A stretch of DNA of 63,668 nt, the filler included, from Craspedostauros australis (taxonomy: Eukaryota): assembly GCA_030167865.1 (NCBI GenBank). It is 8 parts of 8 records of this genome, joined end to end, with 100 filler letters (N's around TTAATTAATTAA, not from the genome) between each part and the next. Parts side by side here need not be neighbours in the genome. Positions count along the whole stretch, not along the records: positions 23,301 to 54,061 come from JALAGF010006506.1; 7 more parts are not named here. One strand, written 5' to 3'. Positions 23,587-36,470 of the stretch are shown here, piece by piece. The notes under the pieces are model-generated. The model was not told where the DNA came from, searched no databases, and was given only the letters and a program-made list of their open reading frames with translations. Numbering within the stretch: the stretch's first letter is position 1; the number at the start of each line of letters is the position of its first letter. The position numbers and the translations under genes were made by a program.

Positions 23587-26509
23587 TCCTACACCTCCTC
23601 CATCTTTGCCACCTTGAGTGACGATGGCACTCTCGAGGGCATGTTTGACGATGTGGACAAGTACGACAACGGCGGTGGTACCGTGGATGGGGTGTACGAT
23701 ACCCAGGAGGAGGACTTCGTTGGTCTGCACGCAGATGGTGCGCTGACCTCTGACATGGCATTGGCTATGGCTGCCGCTGTGATCGTGGCAATCGCCATGG
23801 TGATCCACACTCGCAGCCCCTTCATCACCTTGATTGGATCGATCCAGATCATGCTCAGTTTCCCGCTGTCATACTTCATCTACAGCCTGATCCTCGGCAT
23901 GGAGTTCTTTCCTTTCCTGAATTTCCTTGGCATGTTCGTCATCTTCGGGCTCGGCGCGGACGATGTAAGTATGGCCCCACACTCTTGCCATGGACAAAAC
24001 ATGAAGGAAGCAGCTAATCCGACATTGCATCTAACCAATCACACATCTTTTCCTCCCACTCTTTGCCACTGTACCGCTATTCAATACACCATACTAATAC
24101 CATCATGCCGTACAACAACACTTCGAACTTGGATGAATGAAACATACGCAGGTCTTCGTTGCAATGGACAAGTGGAAGAATGCCCGTTTGGAACATCCCA
24201 ATGCCACCACTGAAGACATCGCGGCCGTGGCGTTGCCGGATGCTGCTTCTGCGATGTTCCTCACAACGATCACCACCGCAGTTGCGTTCTTCGCCACCGC
24301 TATCTGCCCAGTGGCCCCGATCAAGATGTTCGCGATCTTCTGCGGCCTCCTCGTCCTCCTGGACTACGTGCTCAATGTACTCTTGGTGTTTCCCGCTCTT
24401 TGCATGTACGACCTTGCCCTCGAAGAGCACGGTGACGAGGCCAGTCGATTCATCCACTTGAAGTGCCGCCAGGTGGGCGATCAGGATGGCGATGCCGACG
24501 AAGAAGCAGGCAGCGACGATGTTGATAGAGAGGCAGGCGTTGAAACATCCCAGGCCGAAAACAAGACCAACCACAAGATAAACCAACGTCACGATTCAGC
24601 GGAGGATGCCGAAGACGAGGCTGGGCACATGTCTCTCATCCAGCGTTGCCTCGTCGTTCTGTTCACTATCCTGAAGCGTGGAAAATGGCCAATTTTGGTG
24701 GTCTGCGTTGTCGCGCTTGTGCTCACCTCTGTGTTTGCCGCAACCTTGGAACTTCCCACTTCCTCGGATGTCCGCATTCTGGGTGAAGATGTGGAATTCG
24801 AGCAGGCATACATCCGACGACAGAAGCTTCTGTATGATCAGCTGGAGAGGGCCGGAGGCAGCGTTGCTTACATTATTTGGGGAGTGAAGGCTGCGGACAC
24901 GGGCAACCATGGTAAGTGCATCACATTGCTTCATGCGGAGAAATGCCATCTGAGGTAGCATCACACGCGCACACTACAAGCATGGAGATCTCTTTGATCT
25001 TTCACTCACTCGCCTTCATTCATTCATGGATGCATTCCGAATTGCACCTGTTCAACGTCAATCGTCACCAATCTTCTGCTCATCACAAAAAAAATCCCCA
25101 CGTATTTCAGACAATCCCAACGAATGGACACAACTCGTTCTTGATGACACCTTCGATCCTTCCACTCAGGAAAGCCAGCAATACCTCCTCGATATCTGCA
25201 GTGACACCTTTGCGGAAGACTTCGCCAAACCCATCGGCTCCAACTACACATGCTCATTCACCGGATTCAACCAATGGCTCGTCGACGAATCATCTTCCAC
25301 CTTGCCCAGCAAGATTTATGAGGAGAACTGCGCTGGGGCAAGCCGGGTCCCAATGGCATCCGGTAGCTTCCATGAGTGCATGTCATCCTGGGCGAAGGAA
25401 GTCAAAGACTTGAATGTGATGTCCAGAAACAACCGCGTCACAATCATGCTGGTCCCATTCAACTCCCGCGTGCGCTACGACGATAACTACGACAAGCTCG
25501 ACGACGAGTGGAAGCTCATCGACAGCTGGATGCGAGAGCAAAACAAGGACAAGGCGCCCGAAGAAGCTGGCCAAGCATTATTTTCGTCCGTTGTCTTCTG
25601 GTGGTATGACACCAACGGGTACGTTCCTCCTTGCTTTGTGGCGCGAATTTCTGCCTCCTCGTATTCGCATCTAGTCAAGACAATCAACGACGACTGAACG
25701 ACTCACCATCTTCGCCTCAAAACGTCTCTCTCCTCAATCCTTTGCTATCGTACTCTCGTTTACTCCACTGCAATTTGATCTACCAATCAACCTCCCACCT
25801 TACCTTCGTATCCTCATGAAACCCCTTCACTCGAAACCGCACCCGCGCCCGCACTCGCATTCATTCCAACAGACAAATGCTCAAGACAGCGTACGGGTCC
25901 GCTGGCATTGCACTCGGCGCTGCCACCATCATGCTGTTGGTGACGTCCCGTTCCTTGCTCCTGACCCTCTTCTCGACAACAACTGTGGCCTATGTTCTCA
26001 CTTCTGTCACCGCCACGCTGGTGTCCCTTGGCTGGACGTTGGGGTTCCTCGAATCCATCTGCTTCGCCATCCTGATTGGAATCTCTTGCGACTTTGTCCT
26101 TCACTTCGCACACGCCTACACCACCTTGAAAGGAGACGTGGACCGTGAAGTGCGCACCAAGTACGCATTGCTCCATATGGGCCCATCCATCTTGGCGGCA
26201 GGCGTCACTACCATCGCATCCGCAGCAATCATGAGCTTCACAGTCATCATTTTCTTCCAGAAGTTCGGTCTCATCTTGCTCATCGCCGTGGTACAAGCAA
26301 CGTTGGGCGCCTTCATCATGTTCAACACTCTGGTGATGTGTTTCGGTCCCAAGAATCCCACCATGCTGTACGAGACTTTGAAGGAGAGAATCATGAACAA
26401 GATGTCAAGCCAGGGTGCAGTGGGCAAGGATAGGGATGGCAGCGCCAGCAGCGACGAAGAACGCAATATCGCCGTCACTTCTTCCACGCACGCATCTCGC
26501 ACCGACTGA
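23587..26509 (+). CDS. Patched/Dispatched-family sterol-sensing-domain (RND) membrane protein, 5'-partial; exons 23587-23964, 24152-24911, 25111-25618, 25873-26509
   Basis: FPFLNFLG..VIFGLGADD|VFV (GxxxDD), AMFLTTITTAVAF, second repeat ESICFAILIGISCDFVLH. All three introns are GT-AG and keep the frame. Confidence 0.92.
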
Positions 26510-27003
26510 TAAGATGCAACTGCATACAATTGCATATGAATACAATTGTGCTATCCGTGGAGAAACGTGCTTGGCGTGGCAGGAGAAGACGCCACAAAGC
26601 AGATGAACCAGCCCACGGACAGCTTCGAAACACAAACGAAAGAACAAAAAGAAATACATGCGCACGCACAAACAACCACCCTTCATGAACTACACCCTGT
26701 TACTCCACGGTGCTCGACTCCAGAGCAGAATTTTTGCCAACGAGAACAGAACAAGGCAATCGAGAAGAGGAAGAGCAGCGTACTCCATTAAGATTAGTTT
26801 CCACTCGACACGACATTGCAATCGTCCACTGTGGGTATCACCTTGGCCACAACGCTGACACAGCCGCAATAAGTTGCAGCTGTGTCTCCCTTTCTCTCTT
26901 CCTCTCGATGTTTGCGTGGGTATGTGTATGGGTTCATAACTCGATGAGGTGGCGTCGCAATGTGCACCTGAATCGCCAGCGCCAGTATCCTTTGATTGAT
27001 GAC

Positions 27004-28730
27004 GAGGAAATTCACTAACCAGGTCGTTTTGGAGGCCAAAGTCCACTAACCAGGTCGTTTTGGTATTGGCCAATCACAACGGCCGGAATTTTGGCCAGCG
27101 CGTCCCTGTGACAACGGTGAAAATAATAATTTAGCCACGAAGCCAACACAAACATTTCACTGCAGAACAGTGGAAAGTAGTCTAGTTTATGATGTTGTCG
27201 ATGAATCCTGTTGAGCAGAGGGTCAAACCAGCTATTATCGATTGCATACTAACATCAGCCATTGGCATGTACCTACCTTGGAACAGCTACATCCAACTGC
27301 AAGGAGATTCAGATTACATTTAGTCAGTTCATGTGCTGTCATTCGGTCACTGTGTGTAATGAGTTGGTCATATGTGCATAGAAAATGTCAATCACAATCA
27401 AATCCAACCCGGCTCCCACTTCCAACACACTCCAAAGGATCTGGTCACGAAGTATGAGGTCTTAGATCCGTCTGGAAGGTAGTNNNNNNNNNNNNNNNNN
27501 NNNNNNNNNNNNNNNNNNNNNNNNNNNNNNNNNCCGTCTGGAAGGTAGTCAAATCTGAGAATCAAGATTTCGAGTGGTGCTGTGGGTGACAGTACTGTGA
27601 GCTACGCACCATACTGTACAGTAGATTGTCAAAATGTGCATATAAACTGTCAATCGCAATCGAATCCAACCCGCCGCCCACTTACAACACACTCCGAAGG
27701 ATCTGGCCACGGAGAATGAGGTCCTAGATCCATCTGGAAGGTGTTCAAATCGATGGATGTAGATTCCGAATGGTGCTGTGGGTGGCAGTCCGGTGCTCCA
27801 TCTACCTCACAAGACGCAATGTTGCACTTGAAATCTAGATCCATCGATTTGAACACCTTCCAGATGGATCTAGGACCTCATACTTCGTGGCCAGATCCTT
27901 TGGAGTGTGTTGTAAGTGCTCGCCGGCTTGTATTTGATTGTGATTGCCGTTTTCTATGCACATATGGGCAATCTACTGTACACTATGGTGCGTAGCTCGC
28001 AGTACTGTCACGCACAACACCACTCGAAATTTAGATTCTCAGATTTGACTACCTTCCAGACGGATCTAAGACCTCATACTTCGTGACCAGATCCTTTGGA
28101 GTGTGTTGGAAGTGGGAGCCGGGTTGGATTTCATTGCGATTGATGTTTTATATGCACATTTTGACAATCTACTGTACAGTATGGTGCGTAGCTCATAGTA
28201 CTGTCACCCACACTACATGATATCTAGATTCTCAGATATGGATGCCTTCCAGATGGACTGGAGACCTCATACTTCGTGACTGTACTCGATGAGGTGTTCT
28301 CGGAGTGGTGGAGTTGTTGTAATCAAGTATGCTTGACATTTTGTATGCACATATGACCAACATAGTACACACAGTGACCGAACGGTATCATGAGAACTGG
28401 CTATATGAGATTTATCACTCGTTGCGGCTGGATCTGGACCGTCCCAAGGTAGGTACATGCCCATGACCGATGTCAATATGCAATATAGTTGGTTTAACCC
28501 TCTCCTCGTCTTCCGCAGAACAGGATCATCAACACCATCAAAAACTGGAGTACTCTACACTACTAGACAGGGACACGGTTGATGTGTTTACTCCACGGCT
28601 AAATTAATATTTTCGATGTTGTCGTAGAGACACGCCGGCCATTTCAGTCATCCAATCATCGTGTCGGGCACCAAAACGACCTGGTTAGTGGACTTTGGCC
28701 TCCAAAACGACCTGGTTAGTGAATTTCCTC
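27004..28730. mobile_element. Non-autonomous foldback / Mutator-like DNA transposon: 61-bp perfect TIRs, arms inverted almost to the centre, 10-bp TSD GATTGATGAC
   Basis: 27004-27064 is the exact reverse complement of 28670-28730. GATTGATGAC lies at 26994-27003 and 28731-28740. No credible ORF inside. Confidence 0.92.
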
Positions 28731-29478
28731 GATTGATGACGATTCATTATTGTGCATGCTCCACGCCCATTCCTGTACATCCATTAGAACTACGGTTCGA
28801 ACACTCTCGCTTGACATCAGCTCCAGGTGACGGGAATACCTTCGAGAAGGAATGCCTCGCAATCTGTTTCTGTGTTGGGATTTTTATTTCATTGTGGTTG
28901 CCCTTGATGACGACATGCCTGAGATGTGCGTGAATCATGGAATGTCGGCGCTCTGCTCAATTTTGTTGGTGATTGGTTTTGCTGTGCTTGTAAGGGTATG
29001 GTCGCGGCTGGAATCAGCGAAGTTCAATTGGAACACGTGTTTTCATTCACGAAGGAAACTCAATTCCAACACTATTACAGCATGGAGAAGCGGGCTTCGA
29101 TCAGATTCGTCTTTGCATGGTACTCGTATTCCAACCAAGTTGGATCCACGATGTTGTCCCGATGCACCAGGTCAGAAAACGTAACAATGACACAAGAATA
29201 GCTTGAGCCAATGCCATGGCGCATGGTATCCACCCCGATGTTCCCTCTGGGTGTTGGCCATTGCGGTCGTGATGCGGAGGCGCAGCCCACACCGTTTCGT
29301 CCGAGCCTGCTTTGCTTTGTTTCGCCAGGGTGCGGGGTGCCGCGCCGCGCCAAGCCGCATGATGTCCAGCCATGCGATTTATCCGCATTTGTGGAAGATC
29401 CAATGATCTCGGACTTGGCAGAGAGCAATACTGTGCGGAATCTCCGTTCCTGCTTGGCAATGTCTCAGGCATTCGCTC

Positions 29479-31047
29479 TCAGCCCAATCCGCCACTTGCA
29501 CCCGCGTTGCTAAATCTGCAGCATCTCTGCCATCGGTCGATCTGGGTTCGAATCGCTGTGATCATTGCTTGCTGCGGCGCGCATAGGGGAGTATCGCGTG
29601 CGCGCTTCTTGTCATCCGGAGACAGCAGGGTAGGATCCTGCACCGGACCTTCGCCAAGGTATATGAAGGAATGGTTCACACCCGACATGGCTGCAAGGGT
29701 TCCATAGAATTCTGTGCGACCGTACAGATTGGGCAGTATCTCGATCACCCCGCCGCAACGGGGCATGAAAGGAATTCCAGCAAGACCAGCGCCATGAGGT
29801 GTCAAGAGGATGTCAACATTGGCGAATGCCTCCATCTGGTCCTTGAAGAAGATGCGCTCAAAGAAGAATACCGGTGGTGTGTATGGCAGCCTGAATGCCT
29901 CCCGTATACGATCGGACATGTTGTGCGCTCCGATCAGACGTCTCGTCGATTTGCGATTGAAGATGGCGATGCGTGGCGGAGCGAACTGCTTCCCATTCGG
30001 TTCACCGTCGTTGTTTTCAGAGGCCGCATGCAACGGGGTGCCTTCCAGTTCGTTCGCAGTCGTTGCGCCGCAGAACTGTTCTTGGTATTGATCTAATCCG
30101 CGAGCAGCTAGCGCCCTTCTTCGGAAGTGCTCCATATCGTCTGTGTACACTCCACGGTAACCTTCTTCTCGTATCGTATACGCCGCGAGCAGTTCCCGCG
30201 GATCCGACTTGTACTCTTTAATGAATACCTTCGGCCACGATTGGACGAGGGAGACGTTGTTTGCCTCCAAGACTCTGGCCATGCCCTTGGAGAAATGCGA
30301 GTTCATGAAGAACACGCCGAACTTTCTTGGATCAATGAGAAAGATATGTTCTGCGTGGGGAAAGCTTTGCCACAACGACCAGCACGGCACGACGTGCTGC
30401 ATTTGATGAGGAAATTCGTCGGCGTACGAGTAATCCTTGACGCTGCATACGACCGTCTTGATTCGTTCCATCGGATTCTGGTCGTCCGCGGCAGTCGCCG
30501 TGATTCCATCCCCGGCAGTTGTGGCTCCATCTCCTTTGCTGCGGCGCCACACTTCACTGAGATTGCCATGAAAGCTCTCAAAGACAACTTCGTTGTTGTA
30601 CGTTCTCGGATAGTGCGTGAAGTCCAATATATGCGGGATCTTGAAATCGGAAATATCGCAGGACACGCCGTGCAGACTGCCCAGCATCTCCTCCGTCGGC
30701 CACCGCATCATGAATGCTGGGAATTCCGTGATGTTGCGAGTCCATCGGATGGGTGGGTGGTTGCTGTTGGTTTCTTGAATCATCGATTGGAGGAAAGCGG
30801 TCTGGGGAAGGTTGGTGGCTTCCAGCCTGTGTGGTGCCAATGCGAACGACATGAAGGCCACCACGAAGATGGCAATCATGCTGATCGTCAACTGGAGATT
30901 GCCGTTGCGCATGATCCAAGGCTTGGATCGGGCTCGTGCTGCCGCATTGAGCCGTTGGTTCGGCCCATGGGAGGACAAGAATGAAGGGCCTGCAATCCGG
31001 TGCCCTTTGTGGAATAGAGTTGGCGGCTCGATCTCCATGCCAGGCAT
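29479..31047 (-). CDS. Glycosyltransferase family 61 (DUF563-like), type II membrane protein
   Basis: N-terminal TM, FPH..QH..PCWS, RIAIFNRKSTRRL, FKDQMEAFANVDILLTPHGAGLA...MP..GGVIEI. Confidence 0.88.
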   Translation of the reverse strand: MPGMEIEPPTLFHKGHRIAGPSFLSSHGPNQRLNAAARARSKPWIMRNGNLQLTISMIAIFVVAFMSFALAPHRLEATNLPQTAFLQSMIQETNSNHPPIRWTRNITEFPAFMMRWPTEEMLGSLHGVSCDISDFKIPHILDFTHYPRTYNNEVVFESFHGNLSEVWRRSKGDGATTAGDGITATAADDQNPMERIKTVVCSVKDYSYADEFPHQMQHVVPCWSLWQSFPHAEHIFLIDPRKFGVFFMNSHFSKGMARVLEANNVSLVQSWPKVFIKEYKSDPRELLAAYTIREEGYRGVYTDDMEHFRRRALAARGLDQYQEQFCGATTANELEGTPLHAASENNDGEPNGKQFAPPRIAIFNRKSTRRLIGAHNMSDRIREAFRLPYTPPVFFFERIFFKDQMEAFANVDILLTPHGAGLAGIPFMPRCGGVIEILPNLYGRTEFYGTLAAMSGVNHSFIYLGEGPVQDPTLLSPDDKKRARDTPLCAPQQAMITAIRTQIDRWQRCCRFSNAGASGGLG

Positions 31048-31749
31048 GCAATCCTCGCGATGCCAACTGTCTCCACTTCAATCGCTCACGCTATGCAGTT
31101 GGGGTTGGGGGCAGCGACAGAATGTGTCAAGTTCTGCTCTCTCCCTTGACGCCATCCATCTTCCCGCGCCTTTTCGTTGTTGGGGGCAGCCTCATCCGTG
31201 AGTGAAAAGTTTGGATCTGCACGTGACTGCAACACGCACACAACAAAAAGGAAATGGGTCGAAAGTCATCAACTGCAAGATCCTCCAACATGCTTGATCC
31301 CATTCAGCAGCAACAACAGCAGAAGGCATGTGGTGGTTCGGCTCGTTGTTCGGCTAGAGAGGTCAATGTTCATCTGACTATGGTGCAGGATTATGTGCTG
31401 TTTGTTGCTTTGGTTCTTGTTTTGGGATAGCGAAAACATGTTGGGTAGTTGTCGAGGAGGATCAGCACGTGTTATGTTGGACCTCAACGTCCCTACGGCA
31501 TGAAGGTCGTATAGATGTTCTCATCGCATTTTCGGACGTTTCCATCTCCGGCGATGGGGCAGCGGCGGACTGTGGCGTTGACGAATGCAGTACCTGTGGA
31601 AGCTCGAGGTCGGTTTTTAGACATTCGTTGAATGCATCGGTGCTGCCTGAAAGGACACAGCACCGATGGACGCGCGCGTGGAGGTGTGTGGCGAAGCAGA
31701 GTACTCCGTATCCTTGAGACACATTCATGCGTGCGCGGACCACCGACAT

Positions 31750-34417
31750 TTACGATTCTTCGACAGCTGGGGCAGGCTCCTCAGCTTCCTCGATCGCTGG
31801 TGCTTCCTCGACGGCTGGTGCTTCCTCGGCTGGCTTTTGGCCCCACATCGAGCCATCAACGGCGTTGGAGGCACCCTTTCCGAGAGGGGCAAACTCGTCG
31901 CTGGAGACGGAGAACTTTCCAGTGGCTGGTTCGGCGGTGACGGCTGGTTTTGATTGCCTCAGCTTGGCGGCTGCCTTCTCGTTGGATTTTCGGATATCCT
32001 TGGCGGTTGGGACGGAACCTCTTGGCTGGTTCTTGTACCAATCCTTCTTCTCGCGCAGGGCCTTGATGGAGTCTGGGACCTGTTCGACGCTGGTGGGTGG
32101 GTTCAAGCCGAGCAGACCGAACTGTTCGAAGGTGTCGACATTTAGTGTAAATGGACCAGACACCTGCTTCTTGGTGGCTCGGTCGCCACGGTTGCGCTTC
32201 TTCTTTCCCTTGCCCTTTCCGAAGTAGGCGTTTTCGGTCTTCTTGTTGACTGGCTTGAAGTTGGCGAATGGATCGTCCTTGACGGCGATGACCTCCTCCT
32301 TCTTGGCGGCGACCTTGTCGGATGCGGCATCTGGGTTGACGTAGGTGCGCTCGAGGTAGTTGGCGAGGTAGTCGCAGAGACCCTGCTCCTCTTCGTACGG
32401 GATCTTCTTGAGCTCCTCCTCCTCGAGTTTCTTGAGGTAGGCCTGCTTCTCCTCATCGCGCTTCTTCTGCTCGGCTTCGTACTGCATCTTCTTCTGCGCT
32501 CTGGTGGCGCGGCTGTAGTCCCACCACTTGTTCTGCTTCTCCCGGAAATCGTCGCGGGCGGCATCCTTCTCCTTCAGCTTTTCGGTGATCTCGGCGCGGA
32601 TGGCGTCGCGCTCCTTGAAGAGAGCATCGAGGGTGCCGCGCTTGTCATTCTCCTTCTCGGACAGAGTCTTCATCTCGGCCTGCTTCTCGTCGATCTCCTT
32701 CTGGACGGCATCGATTTCCTTGTCCTTGGCGCCAATGCTCTGGCTGATGTTCTTCCTCTTCTCCTTCATTCCCTCGAGGTCGCCCTCCTTGGCCTTGAGG
32801 ACCTTGACGGCGTCCTTGCTGGCCTTGAGGCCGTCCATCTTCTTGATGAGCTTCTTCTCTTCCTGCAGGGACATGGAGGTGGTCTCCTGCTGACGCTGAA
32901 GCCTCTTGATCTCGGCGTCGATCTGTTCGAGGGATGAGAATTCGATGTTGGAGCGCGCGTCCTTGCGGTCCTTGACGATCTTGTCGGCCGCGGACTTGAC
33001 GATGTCCAGCTGGGCGCGGATCGCCTTCTTTTCGTTGATGAGCTTGCTCTTCTTCTGGCGGAGCTGCTGCAGCGTCTCCTTGAGCTTTCCGAACTCGGAA
33101 TTCTTTTTCTGGCCCATGGTGGCATCGATGGTCTTTTGGAGTTCCTGTCTCTTATCCCTCAATGCCTCGAAATCGGCGGTGAGAGTAGCGAGCTTTTCCT
33201 CATGCTTGGCCTTGTTTGGGCGCTCGACCTGTTGCGATTAATGGAGTTGCAGAGTTGGTTTGATTGGTTTGATCGGATTCGTTGGTGATGTGGGCGGGCG
33301 GGTGGGTGCGTGATCGAAATATGTTTCATGGTACAAGTTGTAAGTGATGGTTGTTGAAAAGAAATGAGTGTGGAGATGCTGAAAGGTGAGTCATGGCCTT
33401 GCATTTCAGATGATTGGAGAGTCCATTGTGGGGCCATGCAACTATGGTACAGCATTGGTCCATCACAGTGACGATGCCGATAAGGCAGCGAAGATAGATA
33501 ATGAAGCGGCGCGATTGCCACAACAGGCCAGGAAGCAATTCCATCATGCTTTTGCGACGTGGCAATTCTTCTCATGTGCGTTCGGACGGCAACATGCCGA
33601 TTGATGAATGTGGTGGCTGCTGCTTTGCATATATGAATGAATGAATGAATGAATGAATGCATCGATGAGCTGCGGTGCACTGCACTGCGCTGCCCTCCAA
33701 TAGGCTTGATCGCTGCTCGCGAGATCCATGTCGCCATCATGCGCTTCAATTCCGACTGCAGAAGCGTCTGCGTTCCGAAGGTTGGTGATCGGCACTTCCT
33801 CGGTCATTTATCGTTCTCAAAGCCACCACTGTTGGCAATGACGAGAATATCGATCGTGGTCACCGCACAAGTGCTGCAGTCGTGTCCATCGCCCACCTGG
33901 TGCTTGTGCCTGTGCCATCCACATGATGCAATTCATCATCCAGACGTACGTATCTCATCACCAAAGACCACTCGCGCGCCAAACGGGAGGATGTGCACAA
34001 TACCTGCACTGCTCATGCGTTCGGGAAACTGCGTGCGTCGCGCTGTTGTTGGCTTTCTTGGTTGCCTGGCGAAGAGCGGGCTGTGCATTTTCGCCGAACG
34101 CAATGGCGCGCCTTTTGATGAATGGAATCGACCTGCAGCACCAAGACGAGTATGGACGTCGACATGAACATGGCTAGCAACATGGACAGGATGCAGCGAA
34201 GGAAGCATCACGCTCTTCGCGGGCTCGAGTAAGTACTTACGTATGGGATTGGCTTGCTGAGGTCATAAATCTCTTCGATGGGGACCTGCTCTTTCTTGCT
34301 GCCATTGCGGTTCCCGTTGGCGCCAGTCTTGGCCTCCGGTGCAGCAGCCTCGGCGCTGCCTTCGCCTTCGGCGGCAGCGACGACAGGTTCGGTTGCTGGG
34401 GGTGTTTCCTCGGCCAT
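31750..34417 (-). CDS. Coiled-coil protein similar to BFR1 (nuclear segregation) / proton-pump interactor; exons 34417-34241, 33228-31750
   Basis: IPY|VERPNK spliced via GTAAGT...CAACAG; LEQIDAEIKRL...TSMSLQEEKKLIK; PYEEE..LCDYL; strong codon bias typical of a highly expressed gene. Confidence 0.82.
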
Positions 34418-35225
34418 CTTAAACTCCCGACTGTTCGTTGTCGTGGGTATAGTAGTCGTATGTCCAGCGGAGTATTATACTCTGGAGTTGTGGAGGTGGT
34501 GCGCGGAGAGTAATTGTGGATGAGGATGTTGGGTGGCGCAACGGCGGTAGTTTTGCGGCAGCTGCTTTCGTACCGTTGGTGGTGCAAGGCGGCGTCGTAT
34601 CGTGTGTGTCGTCGTCCGTCGAATGCTTCCTTCGCGTCGTGGCTGGCCGGCTGCGGTGCGTGAGGGGGGTCTCTGTGCGGTTGTGCGCTCGGCGCGTACT
34701 TGGGCTGTTGGTCTTTGCCTGGCATTGGTCCGATCGTGTTTGTCACTGTTTGTTTGTCGCTGTTTCAGTTCTTGTTGGTTCTTGTCACCAAACGCAGTCA
34801 TCTGTTTCGTTGCCCTTCTCTCTCTGTCGTTGCAACGCTGGTTGGCTTGTGGCGTTGCGATGTGTCGATCGGTCGGCGGACAGACGTGTTCAGTACAAAA
34901 AACACGTCACGTGCCATCACAACCTCTCAAAAAATGGATTCCTTTTGCCGATCTGTTCCAAAAGATACCATCAGCGTCGCTCTTCCAATTTCGCAGCGAT
35001 TCGCCAAACCAGTCAAGAAATGAGGGGTCAACGAACAAGGCCAAGAGCTTGGATGCTTCAGAAGGCGAAAGCCATTGGGTGGTGGTGGCAGTGATGGCGA
35101 TAGTGATGGCGATAGTGATGGTAATGATCATCAGATGTGCATGGTGGTAACCGTATCTCCATCCCATTCGCTTGAGCAGACGTGCGCCATTCTGAATCAA
35201 CCCCCGAAATCGGCCCATTCTCAAC

Positions 35226-36332
35226 ATGATTGGCATTGCAATCAATGACCACCGTCCAGCCGGTGTCATGCTCTTTGCAGTCCTGCTCCTCAGTGGAATG
35301 CTCAGGACGGGTGGATTCTCAGTGGGTCGAATCCTACCAACCAACTACGAGCATGCTAAGAGCGCCATGCTCACCAAACCACAGGCCAATATCGCACTGC
35401 ATCTGTCACCGCGAGAACTAATCGAACAGTACGATTCATCGATGCAGCAAGGAACGTCACCATCCGAAACGAAACGTATGGCACGGCAACCAATCAGGAC
35501 GATTGCGAAAAGCGTGCTGTGCGTGCCGCTCGAAACCATCTCGGAGGACGTTGTCTACACGCTGCGACCGACAGGCTCTCAGTTGCAGGGACGACGCACA
35601 CTGATCAAGGCCTGCCAAACATGGGATGAAACCTTCGAAACCAACGAATACGACGACGTCCAATGCTCTCTCACCCAAATATCCACGATCGCCAACGACA
35701 TGGTCATCACGCGATGGAACGTCACGTGGGTGCCGCCGACGGCTGCCTGGTTGGAGGCCGTCGCCCAAGCATGGCCGTCCGTCCAGCCCCAGTATTGCGA
35801 GTACACCCATCTCGCTGGTACGGTCAGCACCTTCTCGTGGAGAGCCGTCGCACGCCTCTTCGTGGACGCCTCGCGCACCGGATATCTGCGCATCCCGTTG
35901 GCCTGCATCTGCGGCACGACGCAACATCGATTTCGACTCGTAGAGACCGATGCATGGCAGCTGACGTCCATCGTGGAAGATCTGGATTATGCGATTGATT
36001 TGCGCAACGGGCGGCTGCAGAACAGAAAGTGTGCCGAAGATCTGAAGCTGTTTCTGCAAGCCGGGCGGTGCATGATGATGGATCGGCAGGAGGAGTGGGA
36101 TGATGCCGTGGAGGCCGCATTGCCATGGCGCAACGTGCCTGGTTCTAACCCTCTGGACATCGAGCCTCAGGATGACGGTCCGGCGGTGATCATTGGATTT
36201 CTTGCATTTGTTGTCTTTGCTCTCACCGCGTTCGCCGTTGTCCTTGCTCCCGAGTTGATTGGGCAGAATCTATTTGGTCCGCCAAGCTACATCGTCCCTC
36301 CCAGTGAGTTGGGCTCTGTCATCGCTTACTAA
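35226..36332 (+). CDS. Hypothetical protein with signal peptide and C-terminal TM (possible NTF2/SnoaL-like core)
   Basis: 368-aa ORF; MLFAVLLLSG..GG|F leader (start may be 35268); TRWNVTW; TM VIIGFLAFVVFALTAFAVVL. Confidence 0.75.
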   Translation: MIGIAINDHRPAGVMLFAVLLLSGMLRTGGFSVGRILPTNYEHAKSAMLTKPQANIALHLSPRELIEQYDSSMQQGTSPSETKRMARQPIRTIAKSVLCVPLETISEDVVYTLRPTGSQLQGRRTLIKACQTWDETFETNEYDDVQCSLTQISTIANDMVITRWNVTWVPPTAAWLEAVAQAWPSVQPQYCEYTHLAGTVSTFSWRAVARLFVDASRTGYLRIPLACICGTTQHRFRLVETDAWQLTSIVEDLDYAIDLRNGRLQNRKCAEDLKLFLQAGRCMMMDRQEEWDDAVEAALPWRNVPGSNPLDIEPQDDGPAVIIGFLAFVVFALTAFAVVLAPELIGQNLFGPPSYIVPPSELGSVIAY

Positions 36333-36470
36333 CTCTACGAGTAGAGAGAAATGGACTTGATTGAAATATGCCAATTATCAGTATAATTGAATTGTATGTA
36401 AGGTCGAGTCGAGTGGAGTAGACTCGATCAATGCAATCTGCGTTGTGACAAAACGTCACGCTTCCACGAC

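Noticed and set aside
30127..30984. Long antisense ORFs (also 48567-49505, 56059-56895, 62154-62927)
   Set aside because: Shadows of GC3-rich coding sequence on the opposite strand.
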